A stretch of DNA of 63,388 nt, the filler included, from Reticulomyxa filosa (lineage: Eukaryota > Protista > Foraminifera): assembly GCA_000512085.1 (NCBI GenBank). It is 17 parts of 17 records of this genome, joined end to end, with 100 filler letters (N's around TTAATTAATTAA, not from the genome) between each part and the next. Parts side by side here need not be neighbours in the genome. Positions count along the whole stretch, not along the records: positions 50,914 to 59,167 come from ASPP01008388.1; positions 59,268 to 63,388 come from ASPP01014725.1; 15 more parts are not named here. The stretch is one strand, 5' to 3'. The notes under the pieces are model-generated. The model saw nothing but the letters and a program-made list of their open reading frames with translations. It had not been told where the DNA came from and did no database searches. Positions 50,954-63,388 of the stretch are shown in pieces (position 1 is the first letter of the stretch; the number at the start of each line of letters is the position of its first letter). The position numbers were made by a program, and so were the translations under genes.

Positions 50954-51721
50954 TACACAGTTGGAGTGATGTTGACAATGGTGTTGTTGACGATAACTGT
51001 ATGGGTATTTTGGTACAATCATACACCATTGCGATCCTCAATGTTTAGTCAGATTGAATGTGAGCTGAAAAATAAATATCTTACTCAAGTCTATGCCGCG
51101 GCAGGTGCTGTATATCAACCTCAGCCTTGCGTTCGCACACATAAATTGAATCCTTTTTGGTTTATTTCTTGGGTCATTTCTTGCGCGTCGGCTGTATCTG
51201 CGCAGTTGATTCTGTCTTGTCATGCGAAGAGCCGCTCCCGTCTGCAACGTGTCACGAGCAAGTTCTTAGATGAAATTAACTTGTCCAAGAAAAAATCTAC
51301 GACAGACTATGATGATGATGATAACAGTTTTGTTTGTTTAATTATGTACTGTGCAATTGACAAATTGATTTTTTTTTTTTTTTGGGGGGGGGGGGGTTAT
51401 ATAAAAAGTACTACTAATCCTACTAATCGAGACCCAGAAAATCGAAAAATTACCGAATTCGAACCGGAGGTTGAAATGCGTGTGACCAAATCGAAGCAAA
51501 ACGACAAACCTACTACTCCTGCCGATACTGCACCTTTGAACACCACACCTGCTGGACAAGGACCTGACAACACACAAGATACAGAACGCACTTCTACGCA
51601 CCCCAACTCCTTGGAAGTCAACACAAGTGGGGGACAGGAAAGTATTAGTCCCAAAGAAGCAGCTCCACAAGATCCAGAAGCGAACTCACCTCGATTTGAC
51701 GAATCTTCCAAAACTGATTGA
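50952..51721 (+). CDS. Membrane protein C-terminal part, hypothetical
   Basis: Two hydrophobic segments, an in-frame intron at about 51327-51408, polar tail. Confidence 0.5.
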
Positions 51722-52953
51722 AAAACGACCATGCAAAGTGCACAAATCAAAAAAAAAAAAAAATCAGAAACAAGGTTTCATTTGTTCTTGTCGTTTGGTT
51801 TTTTCTCACGAAAAAATAAAACGACTTTTTTTTACTATGTCGACAAGTAATGACATCTTGTAGCCTTTCAGGAAAATTGTATAGTGTTTGATAGTTGAAC
51901 AAGCAAACATAAAATTGGATTGGATTTTAACATACAGAAACTCTTTCGATTTTTTTTAAAAACAATGCTAATTCTCTGTAATAAAGCACCGGCCAGTTTT
52001 AGAGTAGTTGTAATCTTTGCACATTTTGTTTTTTTATGCTTCATACTTGTAATTTTTAAAGAATTAAGTAAAAAAAAAATGTTAATATGCTGGCTTTGAG
52101 ATTTGCGAAAATTCAACATTTAAAAAAAAAAATTTGGGATTTTGGCAACAAAAATTATGCACATTTGGACGTATAAACACTTCAAGTTTTTTCAAATTAC
52201 TATGATTGAATTATTTTGATTGATATAATCTTTTCAGCTTTATCATGATCCCATTTGTTTTTTCATTGATATATAAGCGTGCTTTCAGTCACGTTGTTTC
52301 TATGAATACGTACTGAAATACATACGTATGCCAACCGTCATCCATTAAACTGATCCTAACTAATCATTTTTTTTATCAACACAAAGCAAATAGTGAATGC
52401 AACAAATTATGATTACTATATAAAAGTCAAGAGGACCGAAACAACAAATTGTTCTGATATTACAAATTTTTTCATAAAGTCTCATTGTTTTAATTTTAAT
52501 TTTTTCGTACTATGAGCTCATATGTTCATTATTACGTTGGATATATTCGCTTGAATGAATTTATTGGGAATAAACTTTTTTCTGTTTGCAGGCGTTTTTT
52601 TACTAACAAAAATTTTTGATGAAAAAAGACTGTAAAGTACACTTCGATTGAAATATCTGCTTCAAGGATAGATTTCCACTTCTATTTGATTTCGATTTTA
52701 TTTAATTTTTTTATCATTATTTGTTGTTGAGGTTGTGTTGGTTTTATTTTATTGAATCTCAAATTATTTCTTAAAACTTTAAAATAATATTAACTTTTTA
52801 GACAAAGTACATGAAATAATTTTTTTTGTAAACGAATGAAATCATAATCTACAAATAAACAAAAATTGGAAGAGTATTTTCAAAGTTCACATTTTTGTGT
52901 ATTGGTAATATTTCCAACCTTAAAGTTATTGGAACATTACCAACGACAACGCA

Positions 52954-53518
52954 ATGAGTCGACGTTCTATGAGTCAAGATCTAACTCGAAAAAACCAAGA
53001 TCTAAGGAAAGCAACGGAAGGTTTGGCAAAATCGAAAAGAAAAGCAACGAACGTGGAAGACGAAAGGGAGAGAAGAGACAAAGCAGTAGAAGAAGAAGAA
53101 GGAGAAGAGAGCACAAAGTTGGAGATGAATATATTAGCAAAAAAATGGAGTTACGTGTTTGAAGATGAGATATTGCACCGAGATTCGTTTCATAATGACC
53201 ACAAAACCTCGTCATTTCGAGCGACATATGTTCTATCGAGGAACAATAAGGTCGACGTGTGTTCGGAGGGACATCTGACGGTGACAAACTACCTGTTGTT
53301 CTTCGAGCCGGATGACGACAACACATTGCCTGGGGGTAGTCACCACTTGATATTTCCACTGTCATATATTTGTCGACTGTCTGTGAAAGAGCGACCAAAG
53401 GTGTATCCGACGAAATCGACATCGACAGTGAATAAAGACAATGCGAGTATTGCCTCCGTTTCTACGAGCATTCTAAATACGACCTCCACTTCTTCTATCT
53501 CCACTTCCAGCTCCAATC

Positions 53519-53555
<37 letters not shown>

Positions 53556-55191
53556 CACCACGCCGGTGGACGTGTTTGAATTGGAGTTCACGACGCGAAG
53601 ATATCGTCCGGTGAAGTTTCAAGTCGACAAGTCCTTGCGCATCGAAGCTCTGATGGAGATGCTTCGAATGCTCATTTTCCCCAGCGAAGTCCATCTCACC
53701 TTTGCTTTCACGTATGCAAGACGACACCCTATCGGACACAAGTTCCTCGTCGACCGCGGGGACTCCAAAGAAAAGGAGAGTCCCGACGGCGAAGTTTGGA
53801 GTTGGAGTACGTATAACGTATACGAAGAGTTCAAACGAATGGGAGTCGATTACGAACGCGAAACGGAGTCACTACAAACTACTACAAATACAGGTACAAA
53901 TACAAATATTACTGGTGGCAGTCGCTATCGCTGCACAAAAGTGAACACAAACTACGAAATTTGCGATACGTACCCCCAGACATTATACGTACCTGCGGCG
54001 GTGATTGACGAAGATATCAAGCAAGTGGCTCTGTTCCGGAAGAAAGGACGTATACCGGCGATGACGTGGAAAGAGAGGCACTCGAACGTGGCAATGTTCC
54101 GTTGCAGCCAGCCGCAAGTCGGAGTGACGGGACAGCGCTCGAATGCAGACGAATGGATGATTGAGAAGATTGTCGAAGCGAACGACAGCGTGCGTGACAG
54201 CATTTTGTATGTAATGGACGCACGTCCCAAGTTGAACGCGCAGCTGAACAAGGCCAAAGGCGCAGGTTTTGAGAACGCGTCGTTTTATAAAAACATAATA
54301 ATCGATTTCTTAAACATTCCCAATATCCACGTCATGCGCAAGTCGAGACAGGCGTTGTCGCGCATTATTCACACTCCGAAACACAAGGATAAAGATTGGC
54401 TTGTGCAACTGGCCAATACGGAGTGGCTCCAGTATATACGTAAGCTACTGAAGGGTACGTACAAGATCGTGTCGGTGATCAAGACTCAACAATGCAGTGT
54501 CCTTTGTCATTGCAGCGATGGATGGGATCGCACCTCGCAGTTGTGCTGCTTGGCTCAGCTGTGCATGGACGGATACTATCGCACGCTCAAAGGGTTCATT
54601 GTACTCATCGAAAAAGACTGGCTCTATTTTGGCCACCAATTCGATACACGCATCGGCCATCGTCTGGACGATGCCAACGGGGACGACGAAAGGTCGCCCG
54701 TATTCGAACAGTTCATTGACTGCGTTTGGCAACTCACTCAACAATTTCCGACTCTGTTTCAGTTCACTCCAAACTTTTTGTTAGTGCTGCTCGACCACGT
54801 ATACTCGTGTCGCTTTGGCACGTTCCTCGGCAGCTGTCCCAAACAAAGGGAACAATGGTCGCTACATCAACACACTCTATCTCTGTGGACCTTCTTGCAA
54901 AACTCACATCACAGCGCCTCCTTCGTTAACTGCTTCTATCGTCCCAACACCTTTCGTCACACCATCTTTCCTTTGTACCACTCCAAGTCTATACGCTTCT
55001 GGAACGACTGCTATCTGCGACATTGTCCCGAACATATCATGCACATTGCACCAGAGTTTGCGCAAGACTCCTCGCAAGACAAACTCTTGCTGCAATTGAA
55101 ACTCGAACTCGAAGAGGCCAAAAAAGAAAATGCCTTGCTCTTGGCCAAAGTCAGAGCCAATGCACATGTCGTTGAACAGGATATGGATTGA
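52954..55191 (+). CDS. Myotubularin-family phosphoinositide 3-phosphatase (catalytically intact), intronless
   Basis: PH-GRAM-like GHLTVTNY, YEICDTYP, FRKKGRIP, DARP..NA..N, catalytic HCSDGWDRT, C-terminal coiled coil. Confidence 0.95.
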
Positions 55192-57184
55192 GTCTCTTTT
55201 TGTGTTTGACGGCCTTTATGCAACCGTTTCTACTACTGCTAACTGCTATTGCTGCTAAGTCCCCCAGTTTTCAAGCCTTTCACACTCTACACCCTTTTTT
55301 TTTGCTCTTCTTCACTTTGCGTTGTGTGTACAAGTCGTTTTTTTTTTATCTTTTGTAATGTCTACTTCAAAATTTTTGAGAAGCACTGCAAAATGCCACC
55401 ATTGTTCCACACTGGCTGACAGACAGGTGTGCAATTCGAGACATTGTAGGCGTCTTGTCTGTTGACAGGTGGAAAGATTGTTCTGAGCAAAAAATAGCTA
55501 CTCTGGGATAGCTAATAGTGTTGGACATTTTGTAGTATGTGAAACATCACACGATGACATCTCTTGAAAATCTAGTCTTAACAACAGAACAAGACAGATA
55601 AGTACGATACCCAAAATAAAACACACACTTCCGCATATCTAAAGTCATCAGATTCAAACGCAAATTTTTGATAATTTTTAGCTTTAACTATTTTAAACAA
55701 TATCAAACATTATTTATTTTCAACTCAATTTTACTTAGAAAGATCAACTTATTTTAAAGATATAATGACTTTTTCAAATTAAAAAAGCACGTCGGCCTCG
55801 TGATAAAACGAAAATGAAAAAAAAAGCAGAAAGCAAACATTTTTCACGGAAACTGAAACGAGCGCAATAAATAAACTTGCGTGGCAATTGATTTTTTTTA
55901 AAATATACTTACAACTATTAAGGAAATTCAAAGTCACATTTGGCATGTTTAAAGAAATTAAATGTGCAGTTAACCAGTACAAAGAACATTTTAATGCTTT
56001 TTTGATAATATAAGGAAACATTTAATTTAATCGTCTGCATTAACATCAATCGTTGTTATTTTTGGTTTTTTTTAAATATATTTTGAATTTTTCAATTATT
56101 ATGAATATGCAGTGGAAAGTGTATTCCAAAGATGAAATGTAGTACCTCCTGAAGAGATTGCGTCTGGCATCATACTAAAAAAAAATATCGCAATTATAGC
56201 TGCAATGAGACACTAATACGCATTTGTCTTTAATAGTGAAATTTAGCTTTTATTGTTGAACTTCATATTATTCGTTTGCTTCAATGATTGTAGTTATTTG
56301 TGTTCTGATTTGCTCTTGTGATATATCTACTTATTTATAATAATTTAGTAAATGCACTTCAGAAATATACCAAATGTTAATATTACATGATAATTTGTTT
56401 TTTTTTATGTAGTTTTTTTGGAACCCTAAGCTCGTTGTCAAATGATGTGTATTTGAATCTGACCCAGCAAAAAAAAGTAACTCTAGACCAATGAAAAAAA
56501 ATTATTCTTTTGGAATGAAAAGAAAAAACTATAAATTTAATCTTTTTAAAAATTCTGTCAGTTTGTCGTCAAACTGAAAGAAGTTCACTGGTCACTTAGT
56601 TTTCAAGTTTACACAATTGCTGAAAAAGTTTGGAAAAAAGAAAAAAAGATGCAAAATAACGGAGGAAATAATGACGAATTAGCAGCAGGCTTTTTCAATT
56701 GTAAATAAAAAAACACACTTGCACAACACAACAAACAAAAAAAAGATTGTAAAAAAATATATGCTTGATTGTTATGACACCCATTTGCACCATTTGTTCT
56801 ACGTCAAATATACTTTCTGTAAATCTCCATTTTAATTTTTTCATGCATCAATCTTTTTTCTTGTTCCCACCGGTGCAATGCTTTTTTTTTTTATAAAAAT
56901 TTTTTTTATGGTTCATTTTGTTTGCATTGATATGTTTTAGAAGCAACAGACAAACAAAAAAAAACAAACATAACAAATAAATAAATTAAATAATAGATGA
57001 AAGTCGTAGAAGTAGAGTGGTAAAGAGGGGAAGGCCGTTTTTCGCTGATGATACATTGCTGCCTGTCAAGAGATATAGAGTTTAGTTTTCTTCCCAATTA
57101 ATTTTATTAATTTATTTCAGTGATATGTATAATAATAATAACAATACAATTTATATTATAAATAATTGATTGACTAACCACAGA

Positions 57185-58210
57185 TGAATAATGGACAAGC
57201 GGGCCATCATCAACATGGAGTGGGAAATCAACCACAACAGCAAGCCCAACAAATTCAACAAGCGCAGCAAATCCCACAACTCCAATAACAGCAAATACAA
57301 CAAGCACAGCAGGTGCAAGCACTACCCCAAGCACATCAACAACAGCAAATACAACAAGCACAGCATGTGCAAGCGCCACCTCAAGTCCAGCAAGGCCAGC
57401 ACAAGTACAACCACTAGTGCAACAAGAGCCACCTCAAACCCAACAAGTACCACTCCAAGTCCAGCATGCGTCAGCACAAATACAGCAACTAGCCCATTAA
57501 ATGCCACCACAAATCCAGCAAGCACCAGCACAAGTACAATTACTAGTGCAGCATGTGCCACTACAAACGCAGCCACAAGTGCAGCTACAAGCATTAGCAC
57601 AAGTGCAAGGTCAAATACCGTCGCACGTGCAAGAAAATGCCGAACTGACAGAAGATAGCGAGCAAACCCAAGAAGAAAAAGAAGAAGAAAAGATCCACCA
57701 AGCGCAAGAAGTGAATCCACGAAGCCAACAACGACGAACGACGATGAAAAGGGGCATTAGCGAAATGAATAAAGGCAATGTCTCACAAGATAGTGGGCCA
57801 GCCCCAAAACGTCAAAGAGTTAATTTTCTCTTGTAATATACATATACAAATATCAAATCACATTACATACATGATGAATAAAACTTAACTGAATGAAATT
57901 GAAAATAAAAATAGTTTGCGCAAGTATTTACAAATTTGCACATGCGTATTGGCAGATTGAAGAAGAAAAGCGACAACCAGAGCAGCAAGCAGATCAACAG
58001 CACTCAGACAAAATGCAAGAGCAACAAGTACAATCAGAACAGCAAGACCAGAAACAAGATAAGCAACAACCGGAACAGGAGTTCGTAAACAAATTTCACA
58101 AATTCATGATATAGATTGTAAAAAATTATAAAACCACTGAAGAAATGTGGCGAGAAGAAGACCGCAAAGAAAAGCTGGCAGAACAAAAAGCAAAAGAGAG
58201 ATCGGAGAAA
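57185..58210 (+). pseudogene. Gln-rich low-complexity coding remnant with internal repeats
   Basis: QQIQQAQ repeats, an in-frame TAA within the Gln run and frame shifts. AACAGCAAATACAACAAGCACAGCA occurs twice. Confidence 0.4.
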
Positions 58211-58849
58211 ATGTTCAAGGACTTGATGCGTGAATATTCAGGAAAACATAGTATTTTTTTAAAGTTCTGAGCTTGCGGATGGTATTAGATGATTGCATCA
58301 TTGAAGACATTTGATTGATTGCATTATAATTTGTTGGATAAATAATTGATTGATAAATAGATAGTTCAATTGCGCAGGATGTCGATATCACAATGTAATC
58401 TATATTTGATGTTTTTATTTGTATAAACAACAAAAAAAAAAGGAGTTGATAACACAAACATATAATGTTGTGTTTATTTGTATTTTTGTGTATTGTGTGT
58501 GTTATATGCTAGGTGATAGAACGCGCAAAAAAGGAAAGTAATTTGAACTGGCCACCAAATGAAAGATAAAATTTAAGTTTTTTTCTTTGTTTCATTTTTA
58601 TAAGGTTATTATTATAATATATACTGGTACTACCTATATGTATGTTGTGTGCAAGGTGCTACTGTTCTTACTCACTCATTTCATATTTAATTAATCTTCG
58701 TCCTAAAGAAAAAAGATTAATTTGATATGATAAAGTTGTCCAAGCAATCCACCATCCAGACAAATTAATTTTAGCTTCCACAAGTAAGGCTACGATGTTT
58801 AATAAATTAATAAATAATATCGAGTTTATGCATCTACTAAATTCAATAT

Positions 58850-59160
58850 ATCTCAATTCAATCCAACTTAATCCAGCTCAATATAGTTTGGCCCAGCTTA
58901 ATTCATTTCACCTAGATCATCCAGTTCAGTTCAATTTAATCCATGCCAACTCGATCCACTTCGGTCCAATTCACCCCTGCCATATTCAATCTAATTCGAC
59001 CCATTTATCTATATATATTTCGATTTAATTTAATTTAATCAAATCTAATTCAGTTCACCCCTTCCATTTCGATTTAATATAATTTGTCTTGGCCCATACA
59101 ATTTAGTTCAATTTCTTTCAATACAATACGATTCGACTTGGCTGGTTGAATTTAATTTAA
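58850..59160. repeat. Degenerate pentamer repeat (consensus about AATTC)
   Basis: 5-nt periodicity: aattc aatcc aactt aatcc agctc ... agttc agttc aattt aatcc. Confidence 0.6.
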
Positions 59161-59329
59161 TGGACAGNNNNNNNNNNNNNNNNNNNNNNNNNNNNNNNNN
59201 NNNNNNNNNNNTTAATTAATTAANNNNNNNNNNNNNNNNNNNNNNNNNNNNNNNNNNNNNNNNNNNNCCCCCATCAAAGCAAAAAGGTCGTTTACGGAAT
59301 AGTTTTTTTTGAGTTATTTAAGGTAGGTA

Positions 59330-60410
59330 TAAAACAAATGCGACACTTAACACTGCGGCCAAATGGAAATATGCCAACAAATATTGGCTTCTATCATTAG
59401 GATCTTTTATTTTTGCTTTTTCGCGTGGTTTGTTAGGATCTTCTCCAGTGGTGTTTGTTGGGGGATATTCATATGATTCAACGAATTTATTAAAATAGTG
59501 TATTGATTTAAGAAAGAGCTCATTAATTTTGGCATACTTTTTCTCTTCACTCGCTTTTTTTGGTTTTTTTCTGCCAACGCATCCAACTAAATTTGTCGTA
59601 TATGATGTATACGTGTATACATAGTTTTTTTTTTCTCTAATTAATAGTATCCCAAAATCTTATGATTTTCTTATCATTAAAAAAAATAAGCAAACAAACA
59701 AAACTTTGAGATTTGCCATAATTCGATATGCTTGCGCAATTTCATAGTCTAATTCTTGCACAATATCTAGATAAGCTTGTGGACTCAATTGTTCTTCAAC
59801 TGTACTTAGCATATTGATTCGTCGTTTGTGCATTTTGCATTTGTTGCTGTTATTGTTTTCGAAATATGCCAAATAGTCATACATTTGGCTCATTTTTTGT
59901 GTAATCTTGACGTGGTCAGTGACATAGCCATCGAGCACATAATGATGCAATGCACTGGACAAGTGCTTTAATCCTATGCAATGAACAGTCCAATCAAAAA
60001 AAAAAAAAAAAAAAAAAAATAAAGAATGGAAGAATGAACCTGGAACAAACAATTCCTTGGCCTCTTCGAAAGTCGAAGCTAAGGACATTTCAGGTGGTTT
60101 GGGCAAAGTGGAAGATTTGGCGGAGTTGTGAAGAGATAAAAAGCGATCCAAATTTTCAAAGGGGACGACGGTGTTATCCACTTGCAGATTTTTGTCCAAA
60201 ATCATTAGTTTTTTGGGATTGTCGATCCATTCTTCCACGCTGTCACTCTTCTCCGGTTTTTTTTCCTCCACCTTTTCCTCATTTTCCAGTTTGTTCATGA
60301 CCTCGTATGATTGTTTCAACAGTTCCAAATACAAAATGCCCCACGTTTTGGCGATATCCGCTTCCAATTGCAAATCTTCTTCATCGTCCTTATTGCTAAA
60401 CAAACAAAAT

Positions 60411-60442
<32 letters not shown>

Positions 60443-60902
60443 TTTAAAAAAAAAAAAAGTTGAAACATAACAATTGAGGTGCGACAGCACAAGAAGCTTC
60501 CAAACAAAGAATAGCCTGTCTAAATTTGCGATGCTCAATAAAGTACGAAGACAACTCAATCGCATTCTTTGTCCATTGACGGCGATCCAACTGCGGCAGC
60601 ATGTCTTCTCGGAGTTGCCGTTCCAACGTTCGGAAGCAATACCAAGCCGACTTCTCTTTGTTGCCGATCGTGGTCCACAACTGCGCGAAATAAAATAACG
60701 TCTGCGTATATTCAAACTCAAACGCCGACTCCTTCTCTTTCATCTCCAACTCCGGCTTTTCCGTCTTTTTGCTCTTTTGCTCCAAATACTCGGCGTACAA
60801 TTGCTCCGCTTGGTCCAAGTACTTCTTCGCCGCACTTGGATCGCCGCGGTCTGCCCACATTATCCCCAGCCAATTCAATGATCGAATCAAATAGTATCGC
60901 AT
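59330..60902 (-). CDS. KIFBP: KIF-binding protein (KBP/KIFBP) C-terminal domain, multi-exon
   Basis: LGIMWADR, YTQTLFYFAQ..KSAWYCFRTLERQL, W..NAIELSSYF, ADIAKTWG, YVLDGYVTDHV, CKMHKRRI. Confidence 0.88.
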
Positions 60903-60905
60903 CTA

Positions 60906-60922
60906 ATTATTTATAATTATTA

Positions 60923-60986
<64 letters not shown>

Positions 60987-61050
60987 GTTATTATTATTAT
61001 CATTGTTATTATCATTATTATCATTGTTATCATTATTGTCATTATTATCA
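60906..61050. repeat. (ATT)n microsatellite. Similar tracts at 4530-4569, 6545-6600, 25401-25426 and 53520-53553.
   Basis: Direct reading. Confidence 0.9.
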
Positions 61051-61067
61051 TGCTTATTGAACACAAC

Positions 61068-61852
61068 ATCCTTTGGCCATGGCATTGATATCCCACTCGA
61101 GCGCAGCGAGTAGAACCCTTCGTTGTCTTTGTTATCAATAGATGCCTCGTGGATATCGTTGTCCATGGGCTTGTCCACAGACGTAACTCCCATCACATTG
61201 TCGATGCCGTCTCTGCTCTGTTTCATCTGCACGTGCGTGTGCATGTGCATATGCATGCTGGTCTTCAGCTGCGTCACCAGCCGCGTCAACTCGTCGATTT
61301 GGTCTTTGTACGACTGCTCTTTGATCAAACTTTGGTGTATGGCTTGCCGACACTCCAACCAAAGGTCGCGCAGCTTTAAGTATTTCTTGTGCAAGTCTGT
61401 CAATTTCTGCAGTATTCGGAAACCACTCAATTTTTTTACTATTTGTTCTGCTCGGATTAACAGTCCATAGTTTTCACCTTTTTCGCATTTGAAATATTGG
61501 ATTTGATGAAGTACTTTCCCGTTTTCTTCTTCGTACTTCATGCTGCCATCCATTGTACCATTTTCTTTTTTTTTTTTGGATTTGTTCGAACTATGTACAT
61601 ATGTGCCAATGTATGCGTTTTCGCAAAAATCGATGCTTCCTAACTCGGCTCAGTCAACTCGATCCCCGCCCATAGTTCTGACAAATCAATTGACTTGTCG
61701 CTTGCGTTCGACCTGTTCCGTGGCCCTAAGTATCTTATTGCACCCACAAACTTTCCTGCTACCACAACATCACCATGATGCAATGTGCGTAACAATTCTT
61801 GTTTACTTTCCAAACCGGTCATTACGTTGGCTGAATGTGGGTTCACAAACAT
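61068..61852 (-). CDS. CAP-Gly domain + coiled-coil exons
   Basis: GDVVV..GAIRYLG..WAGIELTEP, intron about 61644-61565, KNGTMDGS..YFKC..YGLL. Confidence 0.8.
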
Positions 61853-62859
61853 CCAAGATTCGCTTTTTTTCTCCCTCCTAAAAGTTTACTTTTGTCGTTG
61901 CTGGTCGTTGACTAAGAACACGACGCTCTAAGAAACAACGCAGTATATCAGTAATATGAAGATACTAGGTAGTTATTGTCTCAAGTGTCGATTCAATCTT
62001 ATGCATGTAGGAGTAACACGTATAGTATAATTTACATACTGCTTACTCCATTTTTGTCTTTTTTTTTTTAATATGATGTTTTTAAAAAAGTTTTAATAAT
62101 AATAAACTTTGTATTAAGAATGTGTCTCAAAAGCAGGCATTACCATTAGTGCTCAAAAAAAGACAGTTTTTTTTATCTAGGATGCAGACCTCCAACTTCC
62201 AGTCTTTAGCAAAGTTGTTAGGCACAACACTAAGCCCTTTAAGAGAAAAAATTGAACTTTGTTGTTTATCATTGATTTTTATTTTTTGGGAACAAAGATA
62301 GGATAAAAAAAGATGGAGGTAAATCCTGCATTAGATGAATTAGCAAAAATAAGAAATCTGGGTACTCAAAAGAAGCAAGAAATGACAGAGTTGTTAATGC
62401 AAGCGAAAGTGTTGCTGGAAGCTCGAAAAGCGAAGAAGAAACAAAGACAAAGAATGAATTGAAAGCAAGACGAGATGTGGTTCAATTGCGGAAGTATGTA
62501 GCACAGTGTTGTGAGACGTTGCAGCAATTTGTGGATTTCTGTAAAATCAATGAGCGAGCCGGCCACAATGCATCTTCAGCACTGAAGCATAAGCAGGTGG
62601 GTAGGTTGTGATCGCAACATCAATCAAAAAAAATAAAAATAAAAATAAAAATAAAAAATAAAAATAAAAAAAACATAAAAAACATAGTATGTTCTCCGTT
62701 TCGAAGAAATTGACGCAGGTGCTCCTGTAAGTTATTTATGAAATAATAAAAATAATAATGAATAATAAATAAATAAATACATAAATAATAAATAAATAAA
62801 AATAGGGCGAAGACACAAACAAATGGCTGGACAATGAATATGACATCTACCTTGGACTC

Positions 62860-63263
62860 TTGAAGGAGCGCGACGAAAAGATAAAAGCGCTGCGCAATTT
62901 GGAAGAACAGATAGCATCATGGTTCGCATGCGACGTGTTGGCGTACAAAGAGCAGTTGGCGAAAAGCAACAATCCCTCGTCTGGCGGAGGGGAGAGCAAG
63001 ACGACAGAGCCGATTGTACGTCCCAATTTGAATGGGTACTGGGAAGAGCGCGAGGCCTTGAAGAAGGCGTTGCGCAAATTGGAGACCATGTGTGCGAGCA
63101 AAGAGTTTTTCCTGCAAAAGGGAAAGAAGCTCAAAGAAAAGAACATGATTGTAGCGTTGGCTTTGTTGTCGGCGAGTGAAGCGGAGAAAGTGCAGCAGAT
63201 GTATGATGACAGAGTGATGGAAGAATTTACCAAAGAGGTGAATGATATGGTTATTGGACAAAA
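62860..63263 (+). CDS. Hypothetical coiled-coil protein exon
   Basis: Higher-GC charged ORF between AT-rich intron-like tracts. Confidence 0.4.
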
Positions 63264-63388
63264 ATTAGTTAATATTAAATATTCGATTATTATTTATTAT
63301 AATCGAATAATATAAATGACCATATATAAATGAATATATATATATGTATATATTATATTTGTTTATTATTATTACAATTGCAATGTAC

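Noticed and set aside
32518-55223. Many short antisense or overlapping ORFs on HIBCH, PP2C, myotubularin and the bacterial genes
   Set aside because: They are shadow ORFs of higher-GC coding regions with no motifs.
57290-57300. TAA-as-Gln alternative genetic code suggested by a TAA in the Gln-rich frame near 57285
   Set aside because: Conserved genes (HIBCH, SOD, WD40) end in TAA and contain no internal TAA/TAG. A CAA>TAA mutation is simpler.
1847-59267. Regularly recurring TTAATTAATTAA flanked by Ns as a biological repeat or CRISPR-like array
   Set aside because: It is an artificial six-frame-stop linker. It also means gene adjacency across linkers carries no meaning.

Overview
This is not one contiguous locus. 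It is 17 unrelated contigs joined by 16 identical artificial 100-bp spacers (N44-TTAATTAATTAA-N44, stops in all six frames). Sixteen contigs are very AT-rich eukaryotic DNA with short GT-AG introns full of poly-A/T and (ATT)n tracts, standard genetic code and many WD40 genes. This style strongly resembles the foraminiferan Reticulomyxa filosa (inference from gene style, not verified). Recognisable eukaryotic genes: TTLL9, HIBCH, Fe-SOD, a myotubularin, PP2C, importin-alpha, transportin, KIF-binding protein, a CAP-Gly protein, a group II PLP decarboxylase, GH78 rhamnosidase, RlmN-like and TPMT-like methyltransferases, a 7TM protein, Kelch/WD40 proteins, a SERCA pseudogene and decayed Tc1-like DNA transposons with long TIRs. 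One contig (48073-50813) is bacterial. Between the convergent 3' ends of a high-GC gamma-glutamyltransferase and an SDR gene sits a lower-GC two-gene operon: a ParB/Srx-fold (DUF262/DndB-like, DGLQR variant) protein plus a HEPN (Rx4H) putative RNase. This is the best candidate for an undescribed anti-phage or toxin-antitoxin system. All calls come from reading motifs by eye; no searches were run.
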